Below, one piece after another: positions 1 through 9,545 of a DNA stretch of 11,618 nucleotides. Position 1 is the first letter of the stretch. Every line of letters starts with the position of its first letter. The stretch comes from Azolla caroliniana (Eukaryota; Plantae; Polypodiophyta): assembly GCA_043228905.1 (NCBI GenBank), contig JBHGNT010001142.1, forward strand, positions 1 to 11,618, in the 5' to 3' direction. Both the position numbers and the translations under genes were made by a program. The notes under the pieces were generated by a model, which did no database searches, was not told the origin of the DNA, and was given only the letters and a program-made list of their open reading frames with translations.

Positions 1-390
1 GCTTTGATTGACCATGGCTCTGAGATCAACCTCATGTCGACCGAGTTCTATAAGAAAGGAAGATGGCCGATTAATACAAACCACGGATGGAAGATTCGAG
101 CGGCGACGAAGGCTACGGAGGACTTGTACGGAGCTTGCCCCAACGTTAAAGTCACGATCGGGGATGTAGAGATTGATCAACACTTCGTGCAAGACTCGGC
201 TTCACATCCCGTCATCCTAGGACAACCATATATAACATCGTCCCGGATGGAGACCAAGGTGTTCGATAATGGAGCAGCCTTCGCGCACGTCAAGAGTCTT
301 GATAGTAAAAAATCCGTTCAATTCCTGACGGTTCGAGCTAATCATGAAAGGAACCGAGATAGCCTTGGAGGCGAATCCTCGGATTTTTAA
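1..390 (+). CDS. C-terminal part of gag-protease ORF1 (retropepsin-like aspartic protease)
   Basis: ALIDHGSEINLMS at the active-site position and the downstream VILGQPY motif typical of retropepsins. The ORF is open from the window start to TAA 388-390. Confidence 0.85.
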   Translation, partial: ALIDHGSEINLMSTEFYKKGRWPINTNHGWKIRAATKATEDLYGACPNVKVTIGDVEIDQHFVQDSASHPVILGQPYITSSRMETKVFDNGAAFAHVKSLDSKKSVQFLTVRANHERNRDSLGGESSDF

Positions 391-443
391 AGCGGACTAT
401 TGAAGCATGGGGCACAAATAGTCTGAGCAATCATAAGTCCCCA
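381..443 (+). promoter_or_regulatory. Candidate -1 programmed ribosomal frameshift signal (G GAT TTT plus H-type pseudoknot)
   Basis: Heptamer G_GAT_TTT (381-387) lies immediately before the ORF1 stop, and the -1 frame is stop-free from 381 into ORF 465-1388. Stem 1 is 393-401/417-425 (9 bp, one G-U). Loop TGGGG 408-412 is complementary to CCCCA 439-443. Confidence 0.72.
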
Positions 444-3400
444 CAAGGAAGCAAACTGCGTGGATTGCAAGGAGAAGCAACATGCGTCACACCTGGCGGC
501 GCATGCAAACTTAGACTACTCAACAAGAAGGAAAAGTGTCAGATACAAGACTTCGAGGAGGTGCTGAAAGAAGAAAGCATAATCGAAGAAGAAGAATTCG
601 TGTCATATATTCTGGAGGAAGCCTCATTTAACGACACCATCGGCGAAATCGAGGAAGTCGTGGATTTGAGCTATCCTCACCATCGACATGTGATTTCGGT
701 TAACTCCGTCAACATGTATACTATCATCGATGAATATCATCAAGGCATCTTGATAGAGGAAGTCGAAGTCAACACAAAATATAAAACCGTGGATAGGAAG
801 ATCAAGCCAGTTGCAGTTCCGCTACCGGAAGATAGCTGGCAAAAGATGAAGGAAGTTGCAAAAGATCCAAGCTTAAGGAACCCAAATACAATTGGTCACG
901 TCTTCACTGAAGAGACGAAGGGAAAGCTACGAGTTGGAAGGGAGGATTTCCTCCTCCCTGAAGAGGAGCAAATGTTTCGTGGAATGCTTGAAAGACATGG
1001 GAAGGCTTTCGCGTTTTTTCCACAAGAAATCGGGTGTGCTAATCCAAGGACGGTAGAACCGATCGTGATCTTCACGGTGCCGCATGTGCCTTGGAATTTG
1101 AAACCGATACCGGTTCCGAGAGCACACCTACCGAAGTTGATCGAGCTCTTAAAGGAGAAGGTGAGGATGGGAATTCTAGAACCGTCGAATGCTCCTTATT
1201 CTAATAGGTGGTTCACGGTGCCAAAGAAGAATGGATCATTGCGATTCATTCAAGATCTTCAACCCGTCAACAAGGTGACAATTCGGAATGCTGGAATCGG
1301 TCCGAGTGTGGATGAATTTGCTGAGGCGTTTGCGGGCCGGTCCATCTACTCCATCGGCGATCTTTACTCTGGCTACGATCAATTCTAGTTGGCGGTCGAC
1401 AGTCGTGACATTACAACCATGAGAACTCCAATCGGGTTGGTGCGGATGTGTACCTTACCTCAAGGCGCAACGAACTCGGTGGCTCATATGGTGAATGCCA
1501 TGAACAAGGTCTTGAAGGATTGCATCCCGGATATCACGATGCCATTCTTAGATGATATTCCGATAAAAGGATGTTCGGATGAAGAGAAGGATGAATCAAA
1601 AGATAAGGATGGATGTAGAAAGTTCGTCATGGATCATATGAAAGATTGCGAGAAGGTGCTCCAAAGGCTCGAAGATGCGAATTTGACATTTTCGGGAGAA
1701 AAATCCGCATTCGGGCAACCAGAGATCTTGGTGGTAGGTCACTTGTGTGGAGCATACGGTCGGAAGCCTTCGCCATCCAAGGTGAATGCAATTCAAGACA
1801 TGAAAGAAGAATGTGTAACCCAAACGGAGGTTCGAAGGTTCCTTGGAGCATGCACGTTTTATCATATTTGGATTCCACACTACGCCCACATTGCTGAGCC
1901 ATTATATGGTCTACTAAAGAAGAAGCGGATGTTCAAATGGACGAGCGAGCATACAATCGCCATCCGAAGGCTGAAGAAAATTTTGATGGAGGCACCTGCA
2001 TTACGGAAAGCGGACTCCAAATATGATAAAACGTGCATGCTCCAAAGGCTCGAAGATGCGAATTTGACATTTTCGGGAGAAAAATCCGCATTCGGGCAAC
2101 CAGAGATCTTGGTGGTAGGTCACTTGTGTGGAGCATACGGTCGGAAGCCTTCGCCATCCAAGGTGAATGCAATTCAAGACATGAAAGAAGAATGTGTAAC
2201 CCAAACGGAGGTTCGAAGGTTCCTTGGAGCATGCACGTTTTATCATATTTGGATTCCACACTACGCCCACATTGCTGAGCCATTATATGGTCTACTAAAG
2301 AAGAAGCGGATGTTCAAATGGACGAGCGAGCATACAATCGCCATCCGAAGGCTGAAGAAAATTTTGATGGAGGCACCTGCATTACGGAAAGCGGACTATT
2401 CATATGGCAAGCCCATTTTCGTGACTGTGGATACTAGTCCAATTGGAATTGGATGGGTTATCAACCAAGAAGATGAAGATTGCAACCGATATGCAATTCG
2501 GTTTGGCGCGAAAGTGTTAAGTGACAGGCAAAGAAGGTATGCCCAAGTGAAGGGGGAGCTATGGGGGATCGTCTCGGCAATCAAATCTGATCGTGATTAC
2601 CTTATTGGAGCAGAAGTCATAATTGAGACAGATTGCCTACCAAATTTGGGTATAATATCTGGTTGCAATACACAGGATATTGCCATGTTGTGTTGGATTG
2701 CATATATCAAATCACTCAACCCGGAGATCCGTCATGTAGTTGGGAAGCGTAATGTCGTTGCAGACATGCTATCACGAGCGAGATACGACGGAGAAGAAGA
2801 TCGACATTCTGATGAAGATGATGTTGGCCTGGATTTCTTTGCAAGTTCCTATGCTCGGGTGTTGATTACTTTCATAGAAGAGGACTACGAAGGCGAATTC
2901 GTGGAGATCGGGAAATACTTGAGTTCTCTCCAAAAAGATGAATCATGGTCGACGGAAGACTTCCATCGAATTCGGAAGAAAGCATACAAGTATTTCCTTA
3001 AGGATGGAGCTCTTTGGAAGCATGCAAAAAAGAAGAATGGGACTCCGATGAGAGTTGTCTGCAAGCTAGAAGACCAACAAAAACTAATGTCCGAATTTCA
3101 TGATAGTGTTTTTGCAGGCCATCGAGGAATATGGGCTACGTTTGCGAAGCTTAAGGAGAAATATTGGTGGCCGGGCATCTACAAAGATGTAGCAGCTTAT
3201 GTGGAAACATGTAAGGAATGTCAAATGTTTTCGAATATTCGCCATCGAGATGGACTTCATCCGACTTACCCGTTGGCTATGCATTACAAGTGGATGGTGG
3301 ACATAGTGATGATGCCAATGGGACGATGGCAGATGAAGTATCTTGTGCTCGCGAGAGAGGATCTTACCAATCAAGTTGAAGGGCGAGCATTAAGAACTAA

Positions 3401-4217
3401 GGAGACATCATCGGTATGCCGATTCCTTCTTGAAGATGTTATTTGCAGATATGGATGCGTCGGCAAGATAGTGGCTGATAGAGGCGAGTTGGACGCCAAT
3501 GAAGCTAGAGAATTCTTCTCGAGGATGGGAATCAAATTATCTCTTACCATGGCGTATAATCCGGAAGCAAATGGGAAGGTGGAACGTGGACATGGAACGA
3601 TTGTGAAGGCTCTAGTGAAAGCTTGCCATGGGAAAATAGGAGAATGGCCACGTCTATTGCCATTTGCATTATGGGCTGACAGGACTACTCATAGCACGGT
3701 GACGGGATACATGCCGGCAGAGCTCATATTCGGACAAAAGCCAATAATGCCGGTAGAACAAAGTATTATTTCATGGTTTGCATTGCCATGGCAAGATGAG
3801 ATAAGTAGAGAAGATCTTCTAGCATTGAGGATTCGACAATTAGAGCGGAATTTGGAAGATGTAGAGGTGGCTAAAGCACAACTAAAGAATGCAAGGCTAA
3901 AGAACAAGAAAGACTTCGATAAACGACATCGACTTCGGCCGAGGAAAATCGTTGAAGGAGATTGGGTGCTAGTCTATGACAGTAGCCTAGATAACCAACA
4001 TAGTACGGCTCGAAAATTCTCACAACGATGGTTTGGGCCATATGTGGTGAAGAAAGTGGAAGATAATGCAACATATCATTTAGTAGAATTGGATGGTACA
4101 CCACTTGCCTTGCCAATTGCCGGTAAAAGAATCAAGATCTTCAAGAGAAGAGATAGAATAGAAATTGGATTCGAAGCTTTTGACGATTCAGTCTTAAGCA
4201 TCGATAAAAAAGTATAG
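387..4217 (+). pseudogene. pol: pol ORF2 of element A (RT, RNase H, integrase) with one in-frame TAG (1386-1388) and an internal 381-nt insertion
   Basis: RT motifs: WFTVPKKNGSLRFIQDLQPVN, DLYSGYDQF*LA, LPQGATNS, FLDD. RNase H: VDTS...ELWG...ETDC...VADMLSR. Integrase: H-x5-H...CKEC zinc finger, D/D/E (VDIV, ADRGE, VERGH) and WFGPY. ORFs 465-1388 and 1389-4217 are the same frame separated by a single TAG. Confidence 0.92.
1657..2397 (+). repeat. Direct duplication of 360 bp (1657-2016 = 2038-2397) separated by a 21-bp inverted filler
   Basis: The copies appear identical by eye and give the repeated peptide LQRLEDANL...ALRKAD. 2016-2045 is the exact reverse complement of 1843-1872. Confidence 0.95.
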
Positions 4218-4272
4218 TAAACAAAAATGAATCCTCACCAAAATTGGCACATACCGGTGGATGTGCAGGTTT

Positions 4273-4284
4273 GGTGGGGGCGAA
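4273..4284 (+). other. Polypurine tract of element A
   Basis: GGTGGGGGCGAA directly before TGTC. A near-identical GGTGGGGGTGAA precedes the LTR of element C on the - strand. Confidence 0.8.
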
Positions 4285-4504
4285 TGTCTTGTGAATCTTC
4301 ACACACTATGTAAAAAAATAATGAAATAATTATTATAGATTAGATTAGTATCTTACTATAGAAAGATGGATATACTCAAGAGCTTCAAAACGTATTTTAC
4401 TATATACAAAATGGAGAAATACATATCAAGTTATGTGAAAATGAAGTTTGAGAATATAGGAAAATTAGAACTATCCCACATAGATAGGAAACTTAAGGCC
4501 CTGG

Positions 4505-4513
4505 CTATATAAG
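4505..4513 (+). promoter_or_regulatory. Putative TATA box in LTR A
   Basis: CTATATAAG; the same 9-mer occurs in LTR C (10070-10078, - strand). Confidence 0.45.
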
Positions 4514-4599
4514 CACCTTGAGCTCCCTCATTTTTCATTTGTGCTAAGAGCACTTTGGCCACTTTGTCTTGATGGATGATGGTGGCCAAATTCCTTAAA

Positions 4600-5037
4600 A
4601 CCGAAAATCGGCCGGTAAGCAAATTCGAAAAATGGGTCCGGTAAGCAAATCTGGAGAACGGGTTCGGTAAGCAAATCTGGAAACGGGTTGGTAAGCAAAA
4701 CCGGAACTGGAACGGGTATGCAAACCGGAAACTGGTCGGCAAGCAAAACCGGAAACCGGTCGGTAAGCAAAACCGGAACCGGAATCGGCAAGCAAACCGG
4801 AACCGGAAACGGAACCGGCAAGCAAACCGGAACCGGCTGGCAAGCAAAACCGGAACCGGAACCGGCAAGCAAACCGGAATCGGCCGGCAAGCAAAACCGG
4901 AACCGGAACCGGCAAGCAAACCGGAACAGGCCGGCAAGCAAAACCGGAACCGGAACCGGCAAGCAAACCGGAACCGGTCGGCAAGCAAAACCGGAACCGG
5001 AACCGATCGGCAAACAAAATGGAACCGGCTACCGGAC
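4600..5037. repeat. Minisatellite of ~17 units (core GG(C/T)AAGCAAA plus CCGGAA hexamers) with a 47-bp higher-order period
   Basis: GGCAAGC starts at 4817, 4839, 4864, 4886, 4911, 4933, 4958 and 4980, alternating 22 and 25 bp. Units to the left are more diverged. Confidence 0.95.
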
Positions 5038-5346
5038 AATGTTGGACGCGGATGGACGAAAGATTGGATCATGCAACAAACTAAAGTAAAGTGAAGAGAA
5101 CTAAAGTAAAGGCCATGTGGACGCAAGCAACTAAAGAAGGGAGTGCATGGAAAAAGTAAAGGTCATGTGGACAGTCACATGCAACCAAAAGAAAAAGCTA
5201 GGCAACTAAAAATAGAGGCCATGCAACAAAAAGTGAAAAGGCTATGATCAAGAGAGAACTCCATTTTTATTCCATTTTTATTCCTACACTAGGATAGACT
5301 CTCCATATTATTATTATTTTTTTCTTCTCAACTCCCTTATCTTAGG

Positions 5347-5452
5347 GAAGCCATAACTCTCGAAAACCCTAAAATTCCCTACGGAAGCCATAATACTCAT
5401 ATAACCTAATCCTAATCTTCCCTACGGAAGCGATATCTCTCAAAACCCCTAA
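5347..5452 (+). repeat. Degenerate ~40-bp tandem repeats in the 3' part of LTR A
   Basis: GAAGCCATAACTCTCGAAAACCCTAA (5347) resembles GAAGCGATATCTCTCAAAACCCCTAA (5427), and CCCTACGGAAGC occurs twice. Confidence 0.6.
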
Positions 5453-5669
5453 TTTTTTTCTTTTCTATTAATCTTAGTAAACCTAAAACTTCTAAATCCC
5501 AATCTTGGGACATATTGTAATTTCTTTTTCCTTTGTTAATGAAAATTATTAAATTTCTTCTTTCTGTTAATTGTTAAAAATATAAACGCACACATGTGAT
5601 TATCCTTCGGTCGGAGGCCCCGGGGTTCTGCCTCAAGTTCGCGTATCCTCGTCGTATTTTCGCGACAGC

Positions 5670-6632
5670 GGGTTAGCAGATGAAACACAATTTATATTTG
5701 AGACAGAAATCGAATTGGAGGATTCGTTGTCAGATTCAGAAACTTCGACTGAATTGATTGATGGCCAACGGTCCAATGATGTTGTGTCCGATGATGACTT
5801 GGATCCCTTCATGTTTTGTTCACCAAGGTATTTTTCATTTAATGAAGGTACGTATGACTTAATGGTTACAAATTTTTTAGGACACATAAAGGTTACGATA
5901 GAATCTTTAAAAGAGGTCACGTGGAAGCGCATGAAGGCTCGACTCACGCTATAAAATGGGCGTGAACTGTACTTAAAGTCATCGCCACATCTAAGGGTAT
6001 CACATATAGAGCAATCTCGATCCATAATATTGCATGCACATGGAGGGACATCCCATTACCTACTCTCACAAACCATTAAAGAGTTAAAGAAACATTGGGC
6101 CATGGATCTTCATGATCATGGAATAGCTAGTGCATACGTAAAAGCACTAATTGACAAATGTGGATGTTAGATAATACAAAAGGTGAATTCTATTTACATG
6201 TTAGGCACAAGTGTAAGTAAATATGATAAGACTACAATGCCCACAGAAGTGATGGAGGTAGAAGCTAGTAAGTTAGATGATACTCTAGTTGAGATTCAAA
6301 TCAAGTATCACACATGCTTGCAACGAGGAGTCCCAAAAGGCAAGCATGTGACTAGATATGATTGTCATCGCGCAAGTGTGCCTCGATGAGTGGTCGGATG
6401 CTCTCGCTTGCACAAGTGTTCAAAGCGTTATGGATGTAGTTTTCATTTGAATGTAAGAGTGAATGAAGGGGATAAACATGGGATCGTGAGCATTTATGTA
6501 TACGGATGCCATTCAGGTCATGTCCCAGGAACAAGACCTGACGTGTACCACTTGCCGATCCATCCTAATGTAATAGAATGTTGTAAAGGTGACCTTTTTT
6601 ATGTTGGTCGTGCAAGGCATGTTGCATGGATG
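5670..6632 (+). pseudogene. Decayed ~320-codon frame with an H2C2-like zinc motif and a WRKY/GCM1(FAR1)-like C2H2 motif; probable Mutator-like (MULE) transposase N-terminus
   Basis: ORFs 5715-5954, 6183-6389 and 6390-> share one frame, broken only by TAA 5952, TAG 6168 and TGA 6387. It contains YDCHR...SKRYGCSFHLNV...VSIYVYGCHSGHVPG (C..C..HxxH). The catalytic domain is not in the window. Confidence 0.6.
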
Positions 6633-6699
6633 TGTTGGGATTTCGGTCCCTCCGGATGGGATCCAGTTGAGAACCAGATCCGGTTTAGAAAAACAACAA

Positions 6700-7675
6700 A
6701 CACAACAACAACATGGGGAGTTGCAACAACAACATGGGGAGTTAGCATTACGCGTACAATAACTCAAAGCAACCATCGTAGTGTTACAACAACAAGGATC
6801 AAGACCCCAAGGACTTCATAAAGAGCCCAAGATTGATCTTCCTATGAAATTTGATGGAACGTGCTCACAATTTAGAGGATTCCTTAATTAGGTACGCTTA
6901 GTCATGCAAATGCATCCTTCCCAATTCAGCGGCTCAACCTTGGCATGGTTCGCTCCACTTTTGGAAAAACAATCTCCCTTGCTTAATAACTTTGAAGATT
7001 TATTAGCGAGTTTAAAGCTTGCTTTGGAGATATCGACAACATCAGGATGACGATCAACAAAATCCGACGATTGCGCCAAGGAGATCGTCTAGCCTCTGCC
7101 TACGCGGCGGATTTTTGTCTACTCGCCTCAGATATCCCCTGGGATGATCAAGCACTAATGGAGCAGTTCCGCTATGGCCTGCGAAACGACGTCAAAGATT
7201 TAGTTTTAACCTTTCCCGAAGAACCAAAATCTCTTACAAAGGCGCAATCAGTCGAGCAGTCTGATGCGACAACTGACTTTTCGAACGACGTTCGGAACGT
7301 CAATTTCAAATGCCATGGACTAGGCTAGAGCCCACATACGCCTCAGTCGCAGCTAAACCGATTGCACGAGATTTATCTCAAGCAAATACTCCGACACCGA
7401 TGGAGATTGATGCCATGCGTCGACGTGGCCCGTTATCAGAAGAAGAAAAGCAACAACGACGTGCAAATCGATTATGTCTTTATTGCAGTGGACCAGGGCA
7501 TATCGCCATCAACTATCCCCATAGGCCAAGAAGACAGGTAAATCAAATCGTAGCCTGTACTAAACCCGAGTCAATTCCCTTAGGAGTGTCTGATAGTATT
7601 AATTGTATTGATAGCCCAAGTATCTCAAACAAATTTGAAATCCTTAGTCAATTAGAGGAAGAGTTAAATTACTAA
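6700..7675 (+). pseudogene. gag: gag of element B (retrotransposon gag domain plus decayed CCHC knuckle)
   Basis: EPKIDLPMKFDG...FRGFLN*VRL, LAWFAPLLE, LRQG...YAADF...QFRYGL, PMEID and RLCLYCSGPGHIAINYP (last Cys replaced by Tyr). Stops at 6760 and 6889, with frameshifts near 7000 and 7240. The start is not defined. Confidence 0.85.
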
Positions 7676-7714
7676 GTTCAGCCAAAATAGGAGCCGTTTG
7701 GTTGGACAACCCTA
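7663..7714 (+). promoter_or_regulatory. Candidate gag-pol -1 frameshift signal of element B (G TTA AAT plus stem/pseudoknot)
   Basis: Heptamer 7663-7669 lies just before the gag stop, and the -1 frame is open into ORF 7702-8145. There is an 11-bp stem 7676-7686/7697-7707 (2 G-U), and loop TAGG 7688-7691 can pair with CCTA 7711-7714. Confidence 0.6.
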
Positions 7715-9545
7715 GATCTGTGCAGCCCATTAGTGGTTTCATTCCCTCTAAGAAAGTTAGCAATGTGTTCTTAGCCCAAGTCATGATTAGTACTAAAAGT
7801 ACCCCTCTAGTACATGTCTTAGCACTTTTAGATTCCGGAGCCAATTCCAGTTTCATGGATCGGAATTTTGCCCAAGTTTCTCAGATATCCTTAAGAAAAC
7901 TTCCTTGCCCCGCATTTGTAGTAGTCATTGATGGTTGTCCCATTGCTTCTGGGAATATCGTAGAAGAGTCAGAACCCATTCAGGTTGTCCTAGATAGCTT
8001 TGTGTGTGTGGTATCATTTAATATAATTAGTAGTCCAGAGCATCCCATTGTCCTGGGATTACCTTGGTTTGAAGTACATAATCCAGACATAGATTGGAGA
8101 ACAAGAGAAGTTCGGTATCAACAACCCCGAGAATCTACTCCTTGAGTTTCGACCATTTCGCTCCATCAATTACGCAAAGAAGGACGCAAGGAGTCAATGT
8201 TTCTATTTGCAATATCAATACATCCTTCCAACACTATTAAAAAGGAACCCTTAGTTCAACTTCCCACGAAATATCATCCTTATGCCGAATGTATTTGACA
8301 AGGTCAGAGCTAGTACTCTTCCTCATCATCGTCCCTATGATTGTCCCATCGATTTACAACCAGGAATAGAGCCACCGTGGGGACCGATTTACAACTTGTC
8401 ACCAACCAAGTTGGAAGTCCTTCGAGCCTACATAGAAGAGAATTTGACAAGTGGGTTTATTCGTCATTCGAAATCTCCGGCTGGTGCACCCATTTTCTTT
8501 GTCAAAAAGAAAGATGAATCCCTTCGTCTCGTCGTTGATTACCACGACTTGAATAAGGTCACTATTCGGAATAGGTATGCACTTCCCCTTATATCAAGTC
8601 TATTAGAACATGTAAATGGTGCCAAGTTTTTTACCAAAATCGACTTACGAGGAGCATATAACCTCGTGCGGATCCGACCGGGAGACGAATGGAAGACCGC
8701 TTTTCGCACCCGATATGGGCACTTCGAGTATACCGTTATGCCTTTCGGTCTAACCAATGCGCCCACAGTCTTCCAACACATGACAAATGATATATTCAGA
8801 GATCTCTTGGATATCTGTTTGATCATCTATCTGGATGATCTATTGATTTATTCGAAGACCTAGGAAGAACATGATTCTCATGTACTATTAGTACTAAAAT
8901 GACTCTGAGAGCATGGTCTTTATGCCAAACTAGAAAATGTAGCTTTGACTGCAAGCAAGTGGAATTTCTAGGCTACATCATCTCCTCAAAAGGCATCTCC
9001 ATGGATCCAGCTAAAGTCCAAACTGTGCTAGAGTGGCAAACTCCACGTTCGTTACGAGATGTGCAATGTTTCCTAGGCTTTGTTAACTTTTACAGCAAGT
9101 TTATACAACATTACTCGAAGATTATTTTACTTCTCACACAGCTTACCAAGAAGGGACAATCATTTCTTTGGTCCAATGAAGTGGATATGGCTTTTATGCA
9201 TCTAAAGAAAGCCTTTACATCAGCTCCTATTCTAGCTCATGTGGATACAAACAAACCATTCATCATGGAGGCCGACGCATTAGATTTCGCCCTTGGTATC
9301 ATCCTTTCACAACACGGAGATACATGTGGCTTTCCACTCATACAAATTTGATACTGCGGAAATTAACTACGAGATACATGACAAGGAGTTATTAGCTATC
9401 GTGGATTCGTTTGTGCAATGGCAGCACTTCTTAGAGGGCTCTCCTCATCAGGTCATCGTCTTCAGTGATCACAAAAATCTTGCTTACTTCTAGAATGCTC
9501 GTGTACTAAATCGACAAGAAGCTCGGTGGGCCCAATTCCTCACGT
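7669..9545 (+). pseudogene. pol: pol of element B (protease, RT, RNase H), multiply disrupted
   Basis: [71 protein letters not shown] and SDHKNL. Stops at 8143, 8861, 8900, 8906 and 9491, plus frameshifts. Confidence 0.93.

Larger units (their letters stand above)
1..5667 (+). mobile_element. Ty3/Gypsy LTR retrotransposon A, 5'-truncated by the window edge; no chromodomain seen, possibly Phygy-like lineage
   Basis: Domain order PR-RT-RNaseH-IN is the Gypsy order. It is followed by a PPT (4273-4284) and an LTR bounded by TGTC (4285) and ...TTTTCGCGACA (5667). The lineage is inferred from motif recognition only. Confidence 0.93.
4285..5667 (+). repeat. 3' LTR of element A (~1383 bp)
   Basis: Starts TG after the PPT and ends ...TATTTTCGCGACA, whose reverse complement TGTCGCGAAAAT resembles the LTR C start TGTCGTGAAGAT. 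It contains CTATATAAG. The right boundary is inferred without a second LTR copy. Confidence 0.68.
6633..9545 (+). mobile_element. Degenerate Ty3/Gypsy element B (Tcn1/Tf2-like), truncated at the end of RNase H
   Basis: Starts at TGTTGGGA, where the MULE-like frame loses coherence. It contains gag, protease, RT and RNase H motifs, and ends at RWAQFLT next to a TGTTG LTR-like terminus. The left boundary is tentative. Confidence 0.88.

Noticed and set aside
1596-2283. Repeated alternative-frame and antisense ORFs
   Set aside because: They are shadows of pol, repeated only because of the 360-bp duplication.
4130-4217. Chromodomain at the integrase C-terminus of A (and C)
   Set aside because: The tails after the GPY module are short and acidic, with no chromodomain motif.
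4600-5037. CRISPR-like array
   Set aside because: The intervening segments are short, repetitive CCGGAA variants rather than unique spacers; there are no cas genes and the context is a eukaryotic LTR.
4431-5126. Four long overlapping ORFs (231, 161, 140 and 133 aa)
   Set aside because: They are low-complexity translations of a stop-poor minisatellite on both strands.
6633-6821. Thr-rich C-terminus of ORF 6390-6821
   Set aside because: This is read-through from the MULE-like frame into element B CAA repeats, so the ORF is chimeric.
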